Assembly (NCBI GenBank): GCA_013822015.1 | Contig: PNJU01000005.1 | Span: 72,071 to 136,070 of the forward strand | Direction: 5' to 3' | From: Candidatus Puniceispirillum sp. | Lineage (GTDB): Bacteria; Pseudomonadota; Alphaproteobacteria; Caedimonadales; UBA1908 | DNA length: 64,000 bases | Shown: positions 27,784-36,968 of the stretch, piece by piece | How the letters are laid out: each line of letters opens with the position of its first letter | Numbering within the stretch: the first letter of the stretch is position 1 | The notes under the pieces: generated by a model | Told to the model about the DNA's origin: nothing | What the model saw: the letters and a program-made list of their open reading frames with translations, nothing else | Databases searched by the model: none | Program-made: the position numbers and the translations under genes

Positions 27784-29193
27784 ATGAAAAACCCTACGCT
27801 CCTCCTGATGCTTGCCCTTTTGCAAGCCCCGCCCCTTCTTGCCACGGCGCCAGAGCTTGATGATGACAAAAATGCTTTGACGTTACTTGGCTTTGCCAGG
27901 GAGCGTTTTGGTTCCTGGACTGATCCGCGCGTTATAAACGATAATCTTTTGTTTGGCCTATGTGACCTCTGCGCCAAAGAGCCTGCTTGCCGAAAAAACC
28001 CAGGATCTCACACCCTGGAAAATGGTATGACCTATGAGCGGGGCTATAGCTACGGACGTCTTGATAACGCTATGTTTGACGTGCTCACCAAGGTGCGCAG
28101 TCTCTATGAAAAGAGACGCGCGCAAATCCTTCAAGAGCATCCCGCAATGATGGCGCGGGAGCTTGATGCACGCGCCCGTGTGAATGTGCTTGTGCTGCCC
28201 GGGGGCATGGGCTTTGCTGCGTGGAAGTTAATCGCGGCGGGCGCACGCGTCACCGTTGCGGAGCCCAATGAAGCCCTCCACAAAAATGCATTTACCTTTC
28301 ACTGGACAAGGCTGCAGGAGTCCATGGAAAACGCCAATATTTTTCTACCCCCTGCCGTTGAGCCCAAAGACCTGTCGACGATTTTGAAGGAGGATGTTCT
28401 TAGCGTCCTTGCAAAGCCCCAGTTTGCTAACGCCTTTGATGGGGTGTATATGGACCACACCCTCCATCTTATGTCCCCCCAGGAGGCACGCCTGAGCACC
28501 GTTCTTGCGGCAAGAGTCTTGGGGCCAAAGGGACACCTGTGGGTGCGCGAGCACAGTGGGTTTCTCAAAAGCGCCCAAGGAAAAGACGCAGCCGTTTACG
28601 CCCAGCAACTCGAGGCGGGCAAGCCCTTTCCAGGTTTTATGCACGCCACGTGTAAGGTAGGGTATAGCCACGCTGTGACCCACACGCCTGTGGCATTCTT
28701 TCCAAAGGACGCCGAGAGCGCGACTCCTGCCCGTGTGCTCATGGACGGCCCTTACATGTCAAAGGACATGCTTGACGATCCCGCAAAGCGTGAGAATTTG
28801 CTCCAGATGCTCTCGAACCCAGAAGATGAGTGGAGGCACCGGGCTTATTTTCTCCTGGCGCCCAAGGATTTGGCGACGCTTTTTTCCAATGATTTTTTTG
28901 AGACAAAAGGTCTCTTTTGGGAGATGGGCATGGGTCTTGCGCCCGTGAAAGATCCCCAGATGACTTACGCGTACCCTACCCACGTGGGTGTGGAGGCCCT
29001 TTATTTGAAGGCGCGCAAGCGCACGAACGCCCCTAACCCTCAGGCGGCCCTCGGGGAAATGGTTCCTGGTTTCAAGGAAACCCTTGAGACGATTGAAGGC
29101 GCGCAGGCGACTCTAGAGCAAGAGAGCGCTCATTTGCAAGAGAACCTTACGGGCTTTGGGGTATCCATAGACAGTATAGCACCCAGGCAGTAA
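27784..29193 (+). CDS. Signal-peptide-bearing methyltransferase-fold protein, subfamily A, degenerate SAM motif I (copy 5/7)
   Basis: MKNPTLLLMLALLQAPPLLA; WTDPR; GYSYGRLD; motif I altered to VLVLPGGMG; FDGVY; PFPGFM; C-terminal coiled-coil-like tail. Confidence 0.75.
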   Translation: MKNPTLLLMLALLQAPPLLATAPELDDDKNALTLLGFARERFGSWTDPRVINDNLLFGLCDLCAKEPACRKNPGSHTLENGMTYERGYSYGRLDNAMFDVLTKVRSLYEKRRAQILQEHPAMMARELDARARVNVLVLPGGMGFAAWKLIAAGARVTVAEPNEALHKNAFTFHWTRLQESMENANIFLPPAVEPKDLSTILKEDVLSVLAKPQFANAFDGVYMDHTLHLMSPQEARLSTVLAARVLGPKGHLWVREHSGFLKSAQGKDAAVYAQQLEAGKPFPGFMHATCKVGYSHAVTHTPVAFFPKDAESATPARVLMDGPYMSKDMLDDPAKRENLLQMLSNPEDEWRHRAYFLLAPKDLATLFSNDFFETKGLFWEMGMGLAPVKDPQMTYAYPTHVGVEALYLKARKRTNAPNPQAALGEMVPGFKETLETIEGAQATLEQESAHLQENLTGFGVSIDSIAPRQ

Positions 29194-29385
29194 AGCTTGG
29201 GGCGCTCACTATTTGACATCAAGGACATGTTTTGACATAACAAGTTACCACGCGCGCTTGTGGGTTAAGTGCGAGAAAGTCTGTGACACAAAAGTCATGG
29301 TTTTTTCCGTCCACTTCGTGCCCGTGGTGAAAGAAAATCTGTAAATACGCTCATATCTATGAGCCAAATAAATGAGAGATAAGTT

Positions 29386-30651
29386 ATGAAGAAAACGTTC
29401 CTCACAATACTGCTGTGTGCGCTGGGCACGCACGGCGCCCATGGAAGTGCCGTTGGCGAAAAAGACATGCTTGGTGAGTTGCAACGTTTTCTTGATCATA
29501 AAGTGTCCCCTTGGGCGGATCCGCGCATATTAAATGACCTTCAAAAAGCCCAACTTGCCCTGGCCTGTACACAAGAGCCCCCCCTTCAGCGCATTCCTGA
29601 GTTTCAGCCAGACGGAAAAGACTGTGTCCTTGATCCGGGTTTTAGTTTCGGTGCTATTGATGCCCCCCTTGTGGAGGCGTTGGCTTTTGTGCGCCGGACT
29701 TATGAGGAGCGCCGCACGCAGGCTCTTCAAAGGGATCAAACCTTACAAGGGCCGGCCCTTGATAAGGTATGCCGTGTGCGCATTATGGACCTTGGGGCAG
29801 GGCACGGGGTCAGCATGTGGAAGTTCGTTGTGGCGGGCGCCCATGTGACGGCGGTAGAGCCCCAGCGCTCGCTTCTGAGTCGCACTGTAAATGTGCTCTG
29901 GGATATGCTCGATAAGGCTGTGCCTTTCCTGCCCAGGGGTGTGACCAAAAAAGACGTTTCTCACTTTGTGGGGAATGAGGCGTCGCAAGTCCTTGTCAAG
30001 GAACACTTTCAAAATACCTTTGACGGTGTTTACGCCTCGCAACTGTTGCACTGCATGTCTCCTCGTGAGGCGCTGGAATGCGTCGCGCTCATCCCCAATG
30101 TCCTGAAGGACAAGGGTCACCTTTGGGTGCGTGAGCTGGGTGGGTTTGCCCACAATGGCGCTGGATTGGATAGGGCTGTCTATAGAGATCAGCTCGCCCA
30201 GAAAAAGCGTTTTCCAGGATATATGATGCGCAATATCAAGCTACACTATCTGTCAGATGACAAAACCTTCCCAGACTTCGTACCCCTAGAGGAAGGGGAC
30301 GATTATCCATCAAGGCATCGTTATACTGGCGGCTTCGTCAAAGGAGGGGTTTTATCGGACGCCCAAAGGGTGCAACTTCTTGCGGCAAAAGCCATGGGTG
30401 AGGACTTTAGTTATCAGCATAGAAGCTATTTTTCCTTTGACCCGCAAAGCTTGTTGGCATTGTTTGAGGGAGCTGCCTTTGACATCAAAGGACTCTATTG
30501 GGAGGGTCTCATGGACATGACGCCCATCAAGCCAGAGGAGATGACCTACGCCCGTCCCGGTGATATACAAGGAAAGCGGCTTTACCTTCGGGCTATGAGG
30601 CAAGCCAGATCCTCCTCAAGTGGGATGTCATCGCCTGGGGAGTCATCATAA
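29386..30651 (+). CDS. Signal-peptide-bearing class I methyltransferase-like protein, subfamily A (copy 6/7)
   Basis: MKKTFLTILLCALGTHGAHG; WADPR; DPGFSFG; RIMDLGAGHG; FDGVYA; LHCMSPREA; KRFPGYMMR. Confidence 0.82.
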   Translation: MKKTFLTILLCALGTHGAHGSAVGEKDMLGELQRFLDHKVSPWADPRILNDLQKAQLALACTQEPPLQRIPEFQPDGKDCVLDPGFSFGAIDAPLVEALAFVRRTYEERRTQALQRDQTLQGPALDKVCRVRIMDLGAGHGVSMWKFVVAGAHVTAVEPQRSLLSRTVNVLWDMLDKAVPFLPRGVTKKDVSHFVGNEASQVLVKEHFQNTFDGVYASQLLHCMSPREALECVALIPNVLKDKGHLWVRELGGFAHNGAGLDRAVYRDQLAQKKRFPGYMMRNIKLHYLSDDKTFPDFVPLEEGDDYPSRHRYTGGFVKGGVLSDAQRVQLLAAKAMGEDFSYQHRSYFSFDPQSLLALFEGAAFDIKGLYWEGLMDMTPIKPEEMTYARPGDIQGKRLYLRAMRQARSSSSGMSSPGESS

Positions 30652-30762
30652 CAAAAGGTTTGCTAGGCGCGTGTCCGCCTTGCGCGCTCGCGCGCTTGAC
30701 CCCTTCCGATGATCGAAAAACAACCTACAGCCCCTGGGCTGCCAAGACATACGAGAGAGTCA

Positions 30763-32124
30763 ATGTGTAAAAAAAACTTCCTCACCCTGTGCGCGGTTTT
30801 TGCGTTTCAAGGGCAAGGTGCCACGGTGCGCGCCAGTGAGATCCAGACGGCATTTGATCTGAGCACGTATATACAAAGGTATGTGGCGCCCTGGATTGAT
30901 CCGCGTGGCACATTTGAGCATGCCGCGGGTATTGCGAAGCTGTGTTTGGACGAGCCTGCCCAAGAGCGCATCACGCCCGTGGCATCAGGGGGAGCTGCGT
31001 ATTCCTATTTGGTGGATCCTGGGTACTCCTTTGGTCAGGTGGACGGGGCCCTTCTGGACGCATTAATCTCTGTTCGCCAGACCTATGAGGCAAAGCGGGC
31101 GTTTTATGGTGCCCAAGATCCATCACTTGCCCCCTTTGATTTGGACGCGATGTGCCGTGTGCAGGTTCTTGATCTTGGGGCGGGGCACGGGTTTGCCGCG
31201 TGGAAGTTTATCTTGGCGGGCGCCAACGTGACTCTGGTGGAGCCCCACAGTGGCTTGCTGGACGAGGGCATAAACCTGCCCCTGGCAACCCTGGGAAAAG
31301 CGCGTGGGTTCTTGCCTGTCCCCCTTGAAAGTGTGGCCCACATCGTGAAAGGCGACGCTGTGTCATTTCTTTCTCAAGACGACCGTAAGGCCTCCTTTGA
31401 CGGCGTCTACGCAAGTCGCGTCTTTGATTATATGTCCCTCCATGAGGCACAAGTATGTGCCAACTTGATCCCATCTGTTATGAAAGAAGGCGCGTCCTTG
31501 TGGGTGCGCACCTTTGCAGGATTTATCCCTGAGGCGGACGGGCGTGACGCTGACATCTATCGTCAACAGCTGGCCAAAGACATGCCATTCCCAGGCTTTA
31601 TGATGATGAGTATGGGCACGCGCGTACCGGAAAATAGCCTATGTGCCCTGGAGTTCTTTCCCCAGGAAGGCGAGATGTGTCTACCGCCAAGAAACATCTT
31701 TGGCGGTTCTTATGCCCCTTCGTCATCTGCGTCATGTCCGCAAACACAAGCTGTCTTGCGTGCTCGTTACTTTGATCAAAGGGTGCTTTGGCGTCACCGA
31801 AGCCTCTTCATGTTTGACCCCGTGAGCTTGCTGAAGCTTTTTGATTGGCTTCCCCTTGTTTCACAAGGCCTTTTTTTTGAGGCTTCCCATGGACTTCAGG
31901 GCGTTGAGCGCGCGCACATGACTTTCGCCCAGAATGGCACAGGTGCCCCAGGACACCTCTATTTCAAGGCAATGCGCTCTGGCGGCGTTTTAAATGCGCA
32001 AGAGTTACTTCACGCGAAGGCGCAAGAGCTGCGTCAAAGGCAACCGCGTGTGCCGCAAGTCGTTGATCGGCAGACCAGTGAATTGAACAAAACGCTTGCC
32101 AGCCTAGAGTCCCTGCGTATATAG
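30763..32124 (+). CDS. Signal-peptide-bearing class I methyltransferase-like protein, subfamily A (copy 7/7)
   Basis: [15 protein letters not shown]…; WIDPR; [10 protein letters not shown]; [10 protein letters not shown]; FDGVYA; PFPGFM; C-terminal extension. Confidence 0.8.
   Translation: MCKKNFLTLCAVFAFQGQGATVRASEIQTAFDLSTYIQRYVAPWIDPRGTFEHAAGIAKLCLDEPAQERITPVASGGAAYSYLVDPGYSFGQVDGALLDALISVRQTYEAKRAFYGAQDPSLAPFDLDAMCRVQVLDLGAGHGFAAWKFILAGANVTLVEPHSGLLDEGINLPLATLGKARGFLPVPLESVAHIVKGDAVSFLSQDDRKASFDGVYASRVFDYMSLHEAQVCANLIPSVMKEGASLWVRTFAGFIPEADGRDADIYRQQLAKDMPFPGFMMMSMGTRVPENSLCALEFFPQEGEMCLPPRNIFGGSYAPSSSASCPQTQAVLRARYFDQRVLWRHRSLFMFDPVSLLKLFDWLPLVSQGLFFEASHGLQGVERAHMTFAQNGTGAPGHLYFKAMRSGGVLNAQELLHAKAQELRQRQPRVPQVVDRQTSELNKTLASLESLRI
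32096..32123 (+). promoter_or_regulatory. Putative sigma70 promoter of rpsB-tsf, inside the 3' end of methyltransferase copy 7
   Basis: (C)TTGCCA-N16-TATATA immediately upstream of the rpsB leader. Confidence 0.5.
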
Positions 32125-32237
32125 TGCGCGTGAGTCCACAGGTAGGTGAGGCTTTTCGCGTGCGTACAAGCAACCGGTGTCAGGAGACTGATCACACCAC
32201 CTACCAAGGTTTAACCGGTAGAAACAAGGAAATTCAA
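32125..32237 (+). promoter_or_regulatory. Structured rpsB 5' leader (S2 autoregulatory leader candidate)
   Basis: GGTAGGTG (32141-48) pairs with CACCTACC (32198-205); TCAG-GAGA-CTGA GNRA hairpin; ACCGGT at 32173 and 32214; AAGGA RBS. Confidence 0.55.
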
Positions 32238-33023
32238 ATGTCTATACCTTCATTTTCCATGCGTGATTTGTTGCAGGCTGGTGTGCACTTTGGTCACCAT
32301 CCCCGTCGTTGGAACCCCAAGATGGCGCCTTACTTGTACGGCGAGCGTAACAGCGTACACATTATTAACCTCGAGAAGACCTATCCTCTCTTGAAAAATG
32401 CCCTTCAGGCCATCAAGGACGTTGTGGCAGGCGGCGGACGCGTTCTGTTCGTGGGTACGAAAAGGCAAGCAGGCGACGTGGTTGCCGCTGAGGCTGCACG
32501 TTGCAGCCAGTATTACGTCAACCACCGTTGGCTCGGCGGTATGATGACCAACTGGAAGACCGTGTCCCACTCCATCACACGTTTGAAGGAGCTGACCAAG
32601 CAGCTTGAAGAGGGCAGCGAAGGTTTGACAAAGAAAGAGCACCTGCAACTGACACGTGAGCAAGAGAAGCTCAATCGCTCTTTGGGTGGTATCCAAGATA
32701 TGGCTGGTATTCCTGACATCCTGTTCGTCATTGACACAAACAAGGAAAAGATTGCCATTCAAGAAGCTAACAAGCTTGGCATCCCCGTTGTGGCGATTTT
32801 GGACAGTAACTCAGACCCAGAAGGGGTGACTTACCCAGTGCCAGGTAACGATGACGCCATTCGCTCCATCGAATTCTATTGCCGCATGGTGTCCTCCACA
32901 GTTCTGGAAGGTCTGCAAAGTCAAATGCGCGCAGCTGGTATCGATTTGGGCGCTTCTTTGCGTGTAAGTGCCGATGATGTGGCGTTTGCAGCTCCTGAAG
33001 CTAGCGACGCAGCCGCTGAGTAA
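32238..33023 (+). CDS. rpsB: 30S ribosomal protein S2
   Basis: AGVHFGH…[31 protein letters not shown]; ATG 32238 after AAGGA. Confidence 0.99.
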   Translation: MSIPSFSMRDLLQAGVHFGHHPRRWNPKMAPYLYGERNSVHIINLEKTYPLLKNALQAIKDVVAGGGRVLFVGTKRQAGDVVAAEAARCSQYYVNHRWLGGMMTNWKTVSHSITRLKELTKQLEEGSEGLTKKEHLQLTREQEKLNRSLGGIQDMAGIPDILFVIDTNKEKIAIQEANKLGIPVVAILDSNSDPEGVTYPVPGNDDAIRSIEFYCRMVSSTVLEGLQSQMRAAGIDLGASLRVSADDVAFAAPEASDAAAE

Positions 33024-33061
33024 TTACTGCCAGGCTTTTTAAAGAACGAAAGGAAAAAATC

Positions 33062-33982
33062 ATGTCATTTTCTGCAAAGGACGTGAAAGAGTTAAGAGAG
33101 CGCACCGGCGCTGGTATGATGGATTGTAAGAAGGCCCTCGTTGAGGCGGACGGCGTTCTGGAAGAGGCCGTTGACTGGCTTCGCAAGAAGGGCTTGGCGA
33201 CCGCAGCAAAGAAGGCGGGTCGTGCAGCGGCGGAAGGTCTCGTTGGTGTTATTGCAAAGGGCACGGACGGCGTTCTATTGGAAGTGAACGCGGAGACTGA
33301 CTTCGTGGCGCGTAATGAGCAATTCCAAGGTTTTGTGACGACGGCCACTGAAATGGCTTTGTCCGCAGGTGACCTTGAGGCTCTTAAGGGAGCGGCTTAC
33401 CCAGGCACAGGGCGCACCGTTGCCGACGAGCTGACAAACCTCGTGGCGGTCATTGGTGAGAACATGAGCATGCGCCGTATGGTGCACCTCAAGGTTTCCC
33501 AAGGTATCGTTGCAACATACTTGCACAACGCCGCCTGTGAGGGCAGTGGCCGTGTGGGCGTGCTTGTGGCCCTTGAGAGCGCCGCGGCAGAAGCTGAGCT
33601 GATCGCCCTTGGCAAGCAAATTGCCATGCACATTGCCGCAGCCCATCCTTTGAGCCTGGCCATTGAGGACATGGACCAAGAGGTTTTGGCCAGAGAGCGC
33701 GCCATCATTGTTGATCAAGCGCAACAATCCGGCAAGCCTGCTGACGTCATTGAGAAGCTTGTTGCAGGTCGTCTGCGCAAGTTCTATGAGGAGTCTGTCT
33801 TGCTTGAGCAAGTGTTCCTCATTGACGACTCAAAGCGTAAGGTGTCTCAAGTTGTTGAAGACAAGGCAAAAGAGCTGGGCTCACCCATTAAGCTCACAGC
33901 CTTTGCCCACTTTAAGCTCGGTGATGGTGTTGAAAAGCAAGAAAGCGATTTCGCAGCTGAAGTTGCACAGCTTTCCAAGTAA
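33062..33982 (+). CDS. tsf: Translation elongation factor Ts
   Basis: [36 protein letters not shown]. Confidence 0.99.
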   Translation: MSFSAKDVKELRERTGAGMMDCKKALVEADGVLEEAVDWLRKKGLATAAKKAGRAAAEGLVGVIAKGTDGVLLEVNAETDFVARNEQFQGFVTTATEMALSAGDLEALKGAAYPGTGRTVADELTNLVAVIGENMSMRRMVHLKVSQGIVATYLHNAACEGSGRVGVLVALESAAAEAELIALGKQIAMHIAAAHPLSLAIEDMDQEVLARERAIIVDQAQQSGKPADVIEKLVAGRLRKFYEESVLLEQVFLIDDSKRKVSQVVEDKAKELGSPIKLTAFAHFKLGDGVEKQESDFAAEVAQLSK

Positions 33983-34011
33983 ACCCCTAACCACACACAA
34001 GGAGAGGCGCC

Positions 34012-34761
34012 ATGGTAAAGGACGATACAACGCGGCCCTACCGGCGCCTTCTCATTAAACTCTCCGGCGAAGCCCTCATGGGCTCGTCCCAGTACGGCAT
34101 CGACCCCGGTACAGTTCAGCGCATAGCCAGTGAGATTCAAACCCTGCACGATGATGGCTTTGATTTATGCATCGTTGTGGGCGGGGGCAACATCTTTCGC
34201 GGCGTGAACGGCGAGGCTCAAGGCATTGACCGCGTCACGTCCGACCACATGGGGATGCTGGCGACCGTTATGAACGCCCTGGCGCTTCAAAATGCCCTTG
34301 AGCACCTGAAGATCTACACCCGCGTGGTGTCTGCCATTCCCATGCCAGCCATTTGTGAGCCCTATATCCAAAGGCGCTGCATGCGTCACCTGGAAAAAAG
34401 ACGCGTCATTATTTTTGCCGCAGGCTCGGGTCATCCTTTCTTTACCACGGACTCGGCGGCGGTGCTGCGCGCCTCGGAAATGGGGTGTGAGGTGCTTCTC
34501 AAAGGGACGAAGGTTGACGGCGTTTATTGCAGTGATCCCGCCAAAAATAATGAGGCACGCCGTTTCGAGCGTCTAGGATATGGGCGTGTTCTTCAAGATA
34601 AGCTGGCGGTCATGGATATGGCGGCCATTGCCATGGCAAGGGATAACCACCTTCCCCTTATCGTTTTTTCAATTCAAGAGCCCGGCGCCCTGGTGCAAGT
34701 TGCCAAGGGTCAGGGTCGTTTTACACTTATCCAAGAGCAGGAGGACCACCACCATGGGTGA
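34012..34761 (+). CDS. pyrH: UMP kinase
   Basis: [39 protein letters not shown]. Confidence 0.98.
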   Translation: MVKDDTTRPYRRLLIKLSGEALMGSSQYGIDPGTVQRIASEIQTLHDDGFDLCIVVGGGNIFRGVNGEAQGIDRVTSDHMGMLATVMNALALQNALEHLKIYTRVVSAIPMPAICEPYIQRRCMRHLEKRRVIIFAAGSGHPFFTTDSAAVLRASEMGCEVLLKGTKVDGVYCSDPAKNNEARRFERLGYGRVLQDKLAVMDMAAIAMARDNHLPLIVFSIQEPGALVQVAKGQGRFTLIQEQEDHHHG

Positions 34762-35314
34762 TACGTTCAATAAAGATGAACTCAAAGCGCGTATGCAAGG
34801 GGCCCTTGATGTGCTCTTGAAGGAGTTTACGGGCCTTCGTACCTCACGCGCCTCCACAGCCCTTCTTGACCCCATTATGGTGGACGCCTATGGATCAGCT
34901 ATGCCGCTGAACCAGGTGGGTACCGTGAGCGCGCCTGACGCGCGCATGCTCAGCGTTCAAGTATGGGACAAGAGCATGGTCAAGGCCGTAGAAAAGGCCA
35001 TCCGCGAGGCGGGCCTGGGCCTTAATCCTTCTGCCGACGGACAAGTTGTGCGCGTGCCCATGCCAGACTTGAGCGAAGAGCGCCGTAAGGAGCTCGCCAA
35101 AATTGCGGCCAAGTACGCTGAGCAAACCCGCATCGCCGTGCGTAACGTGCGCCGCGATGGCATGGATCATCTGAAAAAGCTTGAGAAAGATAAGGCAATT
35201 TCAGAGGACGAGCATCACCGTTTCTCAGGCGATCTGCAAACGCTGACCGATGAGTTTGTGAAAAAAGTCGACACGCATCTCGCGCAAAAAGAGCGCGACA
35301 TCATGCAAATCTAG
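34754..35314 (+). CDS. frr: Ribosome recycling factor
   Basis: [29 protein letters not shown]; ATG 34754. Confidence 0.98.
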   Translation: MGDTFNKDELKARMQGALDVLLKEFTGLRTSRASTALLDPIMVDAYGSAMPLNQVGTVSAPDARMLSVQVWDKSMVKAVEKAIREAGLGLNPSADGQVVRVPMPDLSEERRKELAKIAAKYAEQTRIAVRNVRRDGMDHLKKLEKDKAISEDEHHRFSGDLQTLTDEFVKKVDTHLAQKERDIMQI

Positions 35315-35326
35315 AGTAGGTCGATC

Positions 35327-36094
35327 TTGTCAGATTCGAGCACTTCAACGGGCACCCTATCCCCAGACCCGGTCCACATGCCACGTCACGTCGCCATTAT
35401 TATGGACGGCAATGGACGTTGGGCGCAAAAGCGCGGCTGGGAGCGCATGCGTGGACACCAGAAGGGCGTGGACGCTGTGCGCCGCACAGTTCAGGGTTGC
35501 ATGGACTATGGCGTGCGTTACCTGACGCTCTATGCGTTTTCAACGGAGAACTGGAAGCGTTCGACGGCTGAAGTGTCTGGGCTTATGCTGCTTCTAAAGA
35601 CGACGCTGAAGGCAGAACTCGAGAACTTTCACAAAAATAGCATTCGTCTTAAGGTGATTGGCAGGCGGGACCGTTTGCCCCAGGATCTTGTTGCCTTAAT
35701 CGAAGAAGCTGAGATTAAAACAAAGAATAACACCGCGCTAACACTGGTGGTTGCCCTCGATTATGGGGGACGCGACGAGATTGTGCGCGCCGTTGCTAAG
35801 CTCGCTCAGGACGCACTGGCGGGCCGTATAGGGTGCCAGGATATCAGTGAAGCGTCCATTGCGCGCTATCTTGATACAGAAGAAGTCCCTGATCCAGACC
35901 TTGTCATTCGCACCAGTGATGTGGTGCGCGTGAGCAACTTTTTGTTGTGGCAAGCGGCTTATAGCGAATTTCTTTTCCTTGACGTTTGTTGGCCGGATTT
36001 CTCCAAAGAACACTTCTCTCAAGCGCTTTTGAGTTACCAAGGACGCGAACGTCGCTTTGGGCATGACAAAGCCCAGGACGTGCCCCATGGCTGA
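35327..36094 (+). CDS. uppS: Undecaprenyl diphosphate synthase
   Basis: HVAIIMDGNGRWA, YAFSTENWKR, YGGRDEI, PDLVIRTS, SNFLLWQAAYSE. Confidence 0.98.
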   Translation: MSDSSTSTGTLSPDPVHMPRHVAIIMDGNGRWAQKRGWERMRGHQKGVDAVRRTVQGCMDYGVRYLTLYAFSTENWKRSTAEVSGLMLLLKTTLKAELENFHKNSIRLKVIGRRDRLPQDLVALIEEAEIKTKNNTALTLVVALDYGGRDEIVRAVAKLAQDALAGRIGCQDISEASIARYLDTEEVPDPDLVIRTSDVVRVSNFLLWQAAYSEFLFLDVCWPDFSKEHFSQALLSYQGRERRFGHDKAQDVPHG

Positions 36095-36776
36095 GCAGAG
36101 TTCTTCTTTCATCAAGCGCGTTTTATCCAGCGTCGTCTTAATTCCCGTTCTCTTGTTTATCCTGTACTTAGGCTATCCCTACACGGGTGGTCTCTTGGGC
36201 GTGCTCTTTTGCCTGTGCGCGTGGGAATGGCTGCGCCTATGTGTGAGGGCGAAAAGGATCACCTCGCCTTTTACAAAGTCTCTTTTGAGTAGTGCAGGAC
36301 TTCTCTATCTTGCGACCAGTTTCTATGCACTCGTCATCATCAGCCAGGAATCCTCCCTCGCCCTTTTTGGGCTTTTGATCATGGTATGGGCCTCAGACAC
36401 GGGCGCATACTTGGTGGGATCCCTTGTGGGTGGGCCCAAGCTGTGTCCGTCGGTCAGCCCCAATAAGACATGGTCTGGTTTTGTCGGAGGTTTGATCCTG
36501 GCCATCGCTGCGGGATACGTGCTGATCACCCAAGCCCATTGGTCGCTCCTAAGGGACCAATGCGCAGATACCCTGTCAACCATGGTGAGCGTGGGTCTTG
36601 TTGCGATCATCAGCCCCTTGGGAGACTTGCTCGAGTCCTGGATGAAGCGACGTTTTGGCGTGAAGGATACAGGCAATCTGATCCCAGGCCATGGCGGCGC
36701 CCTTGATCGCCTGGACAGCATCACCGCTGTTGGATTTATTTTGTTTCTCTTGATCATGTTCTGTCCTTTGAGATAG
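36087..36776 (+). CDS. cdsA: Phosphatidate cytidylyltransferase
   Basis: WASDTGAY, SPNKTWSG, GDLLESWMKRRFGVKDTG..IPGHGG.LDRLD. Confidence 0.97.
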   Translation: MAEQSSSFIKRVLSSVVLIPVLLFILYLGYPYTGGLLGVLFCLCAWEWLRLCVRAKRITSPFTKSLLSSAGLLYLATSFYALVIISQESSLALFGLLIMVWASDTGAYLVGSLVGGPKLCPSVSPNKTWSGFVGGLILAIAAGYVLITQAHWSLLRDQCADTLSTMVSVGLVAIISPLGDLLESWMKRRFGVKDTGNLIPGHGGALDRLDSITAVGFILFLLIMFCPLR

Positions 36777-36891
36777 CCGCTTCTCACGCACCGCGCAAAA
36801 AACGCCGGGCGCCCTGTTCATTTTTTCCCATGGAACGCCTTTTCCTATGCTCCGGCACTTTCTGCCAGGGGGCGGGACTTTTTTTCCCCTT

Positions 36892-36907
36892 GTTAATGCT
36901 TTGTTAA
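36892..36907. promoter_or_regulatory. CtrA-binding site upstream of the fliF operon
   Basis: - strand reads TTAA-CAAAGCA-TTAAC, the full CtrA consensus, about 60 bp before fliF (class II flagellar operon). Confidence 0.75.
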
Positions 36908-36968
36908 GGGTCTGCCTGCTAGGGTGCAATGATTGAAAGCATTTTAATTAAATTATAATGAGGTTGCA

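Noticed and set aside
22520-32124. Array interpreted as DNA methyltransferases or a restriction-modification/defence island
   Set aside because: No DPPY/NPPY or PCQ catalytic motifs, no nuclease partner, and every member has a signal-peptide-like N-terminus.
32124-32237. N-terminal extensions in the ORF track for rpsB (also frr, lpxA, lpxI, lpxB, bamA, flhG, OMP1)
   Set aside because: Downstream starts have RBSs and match family N-termini; the extensions are longest-ORF artefacts.
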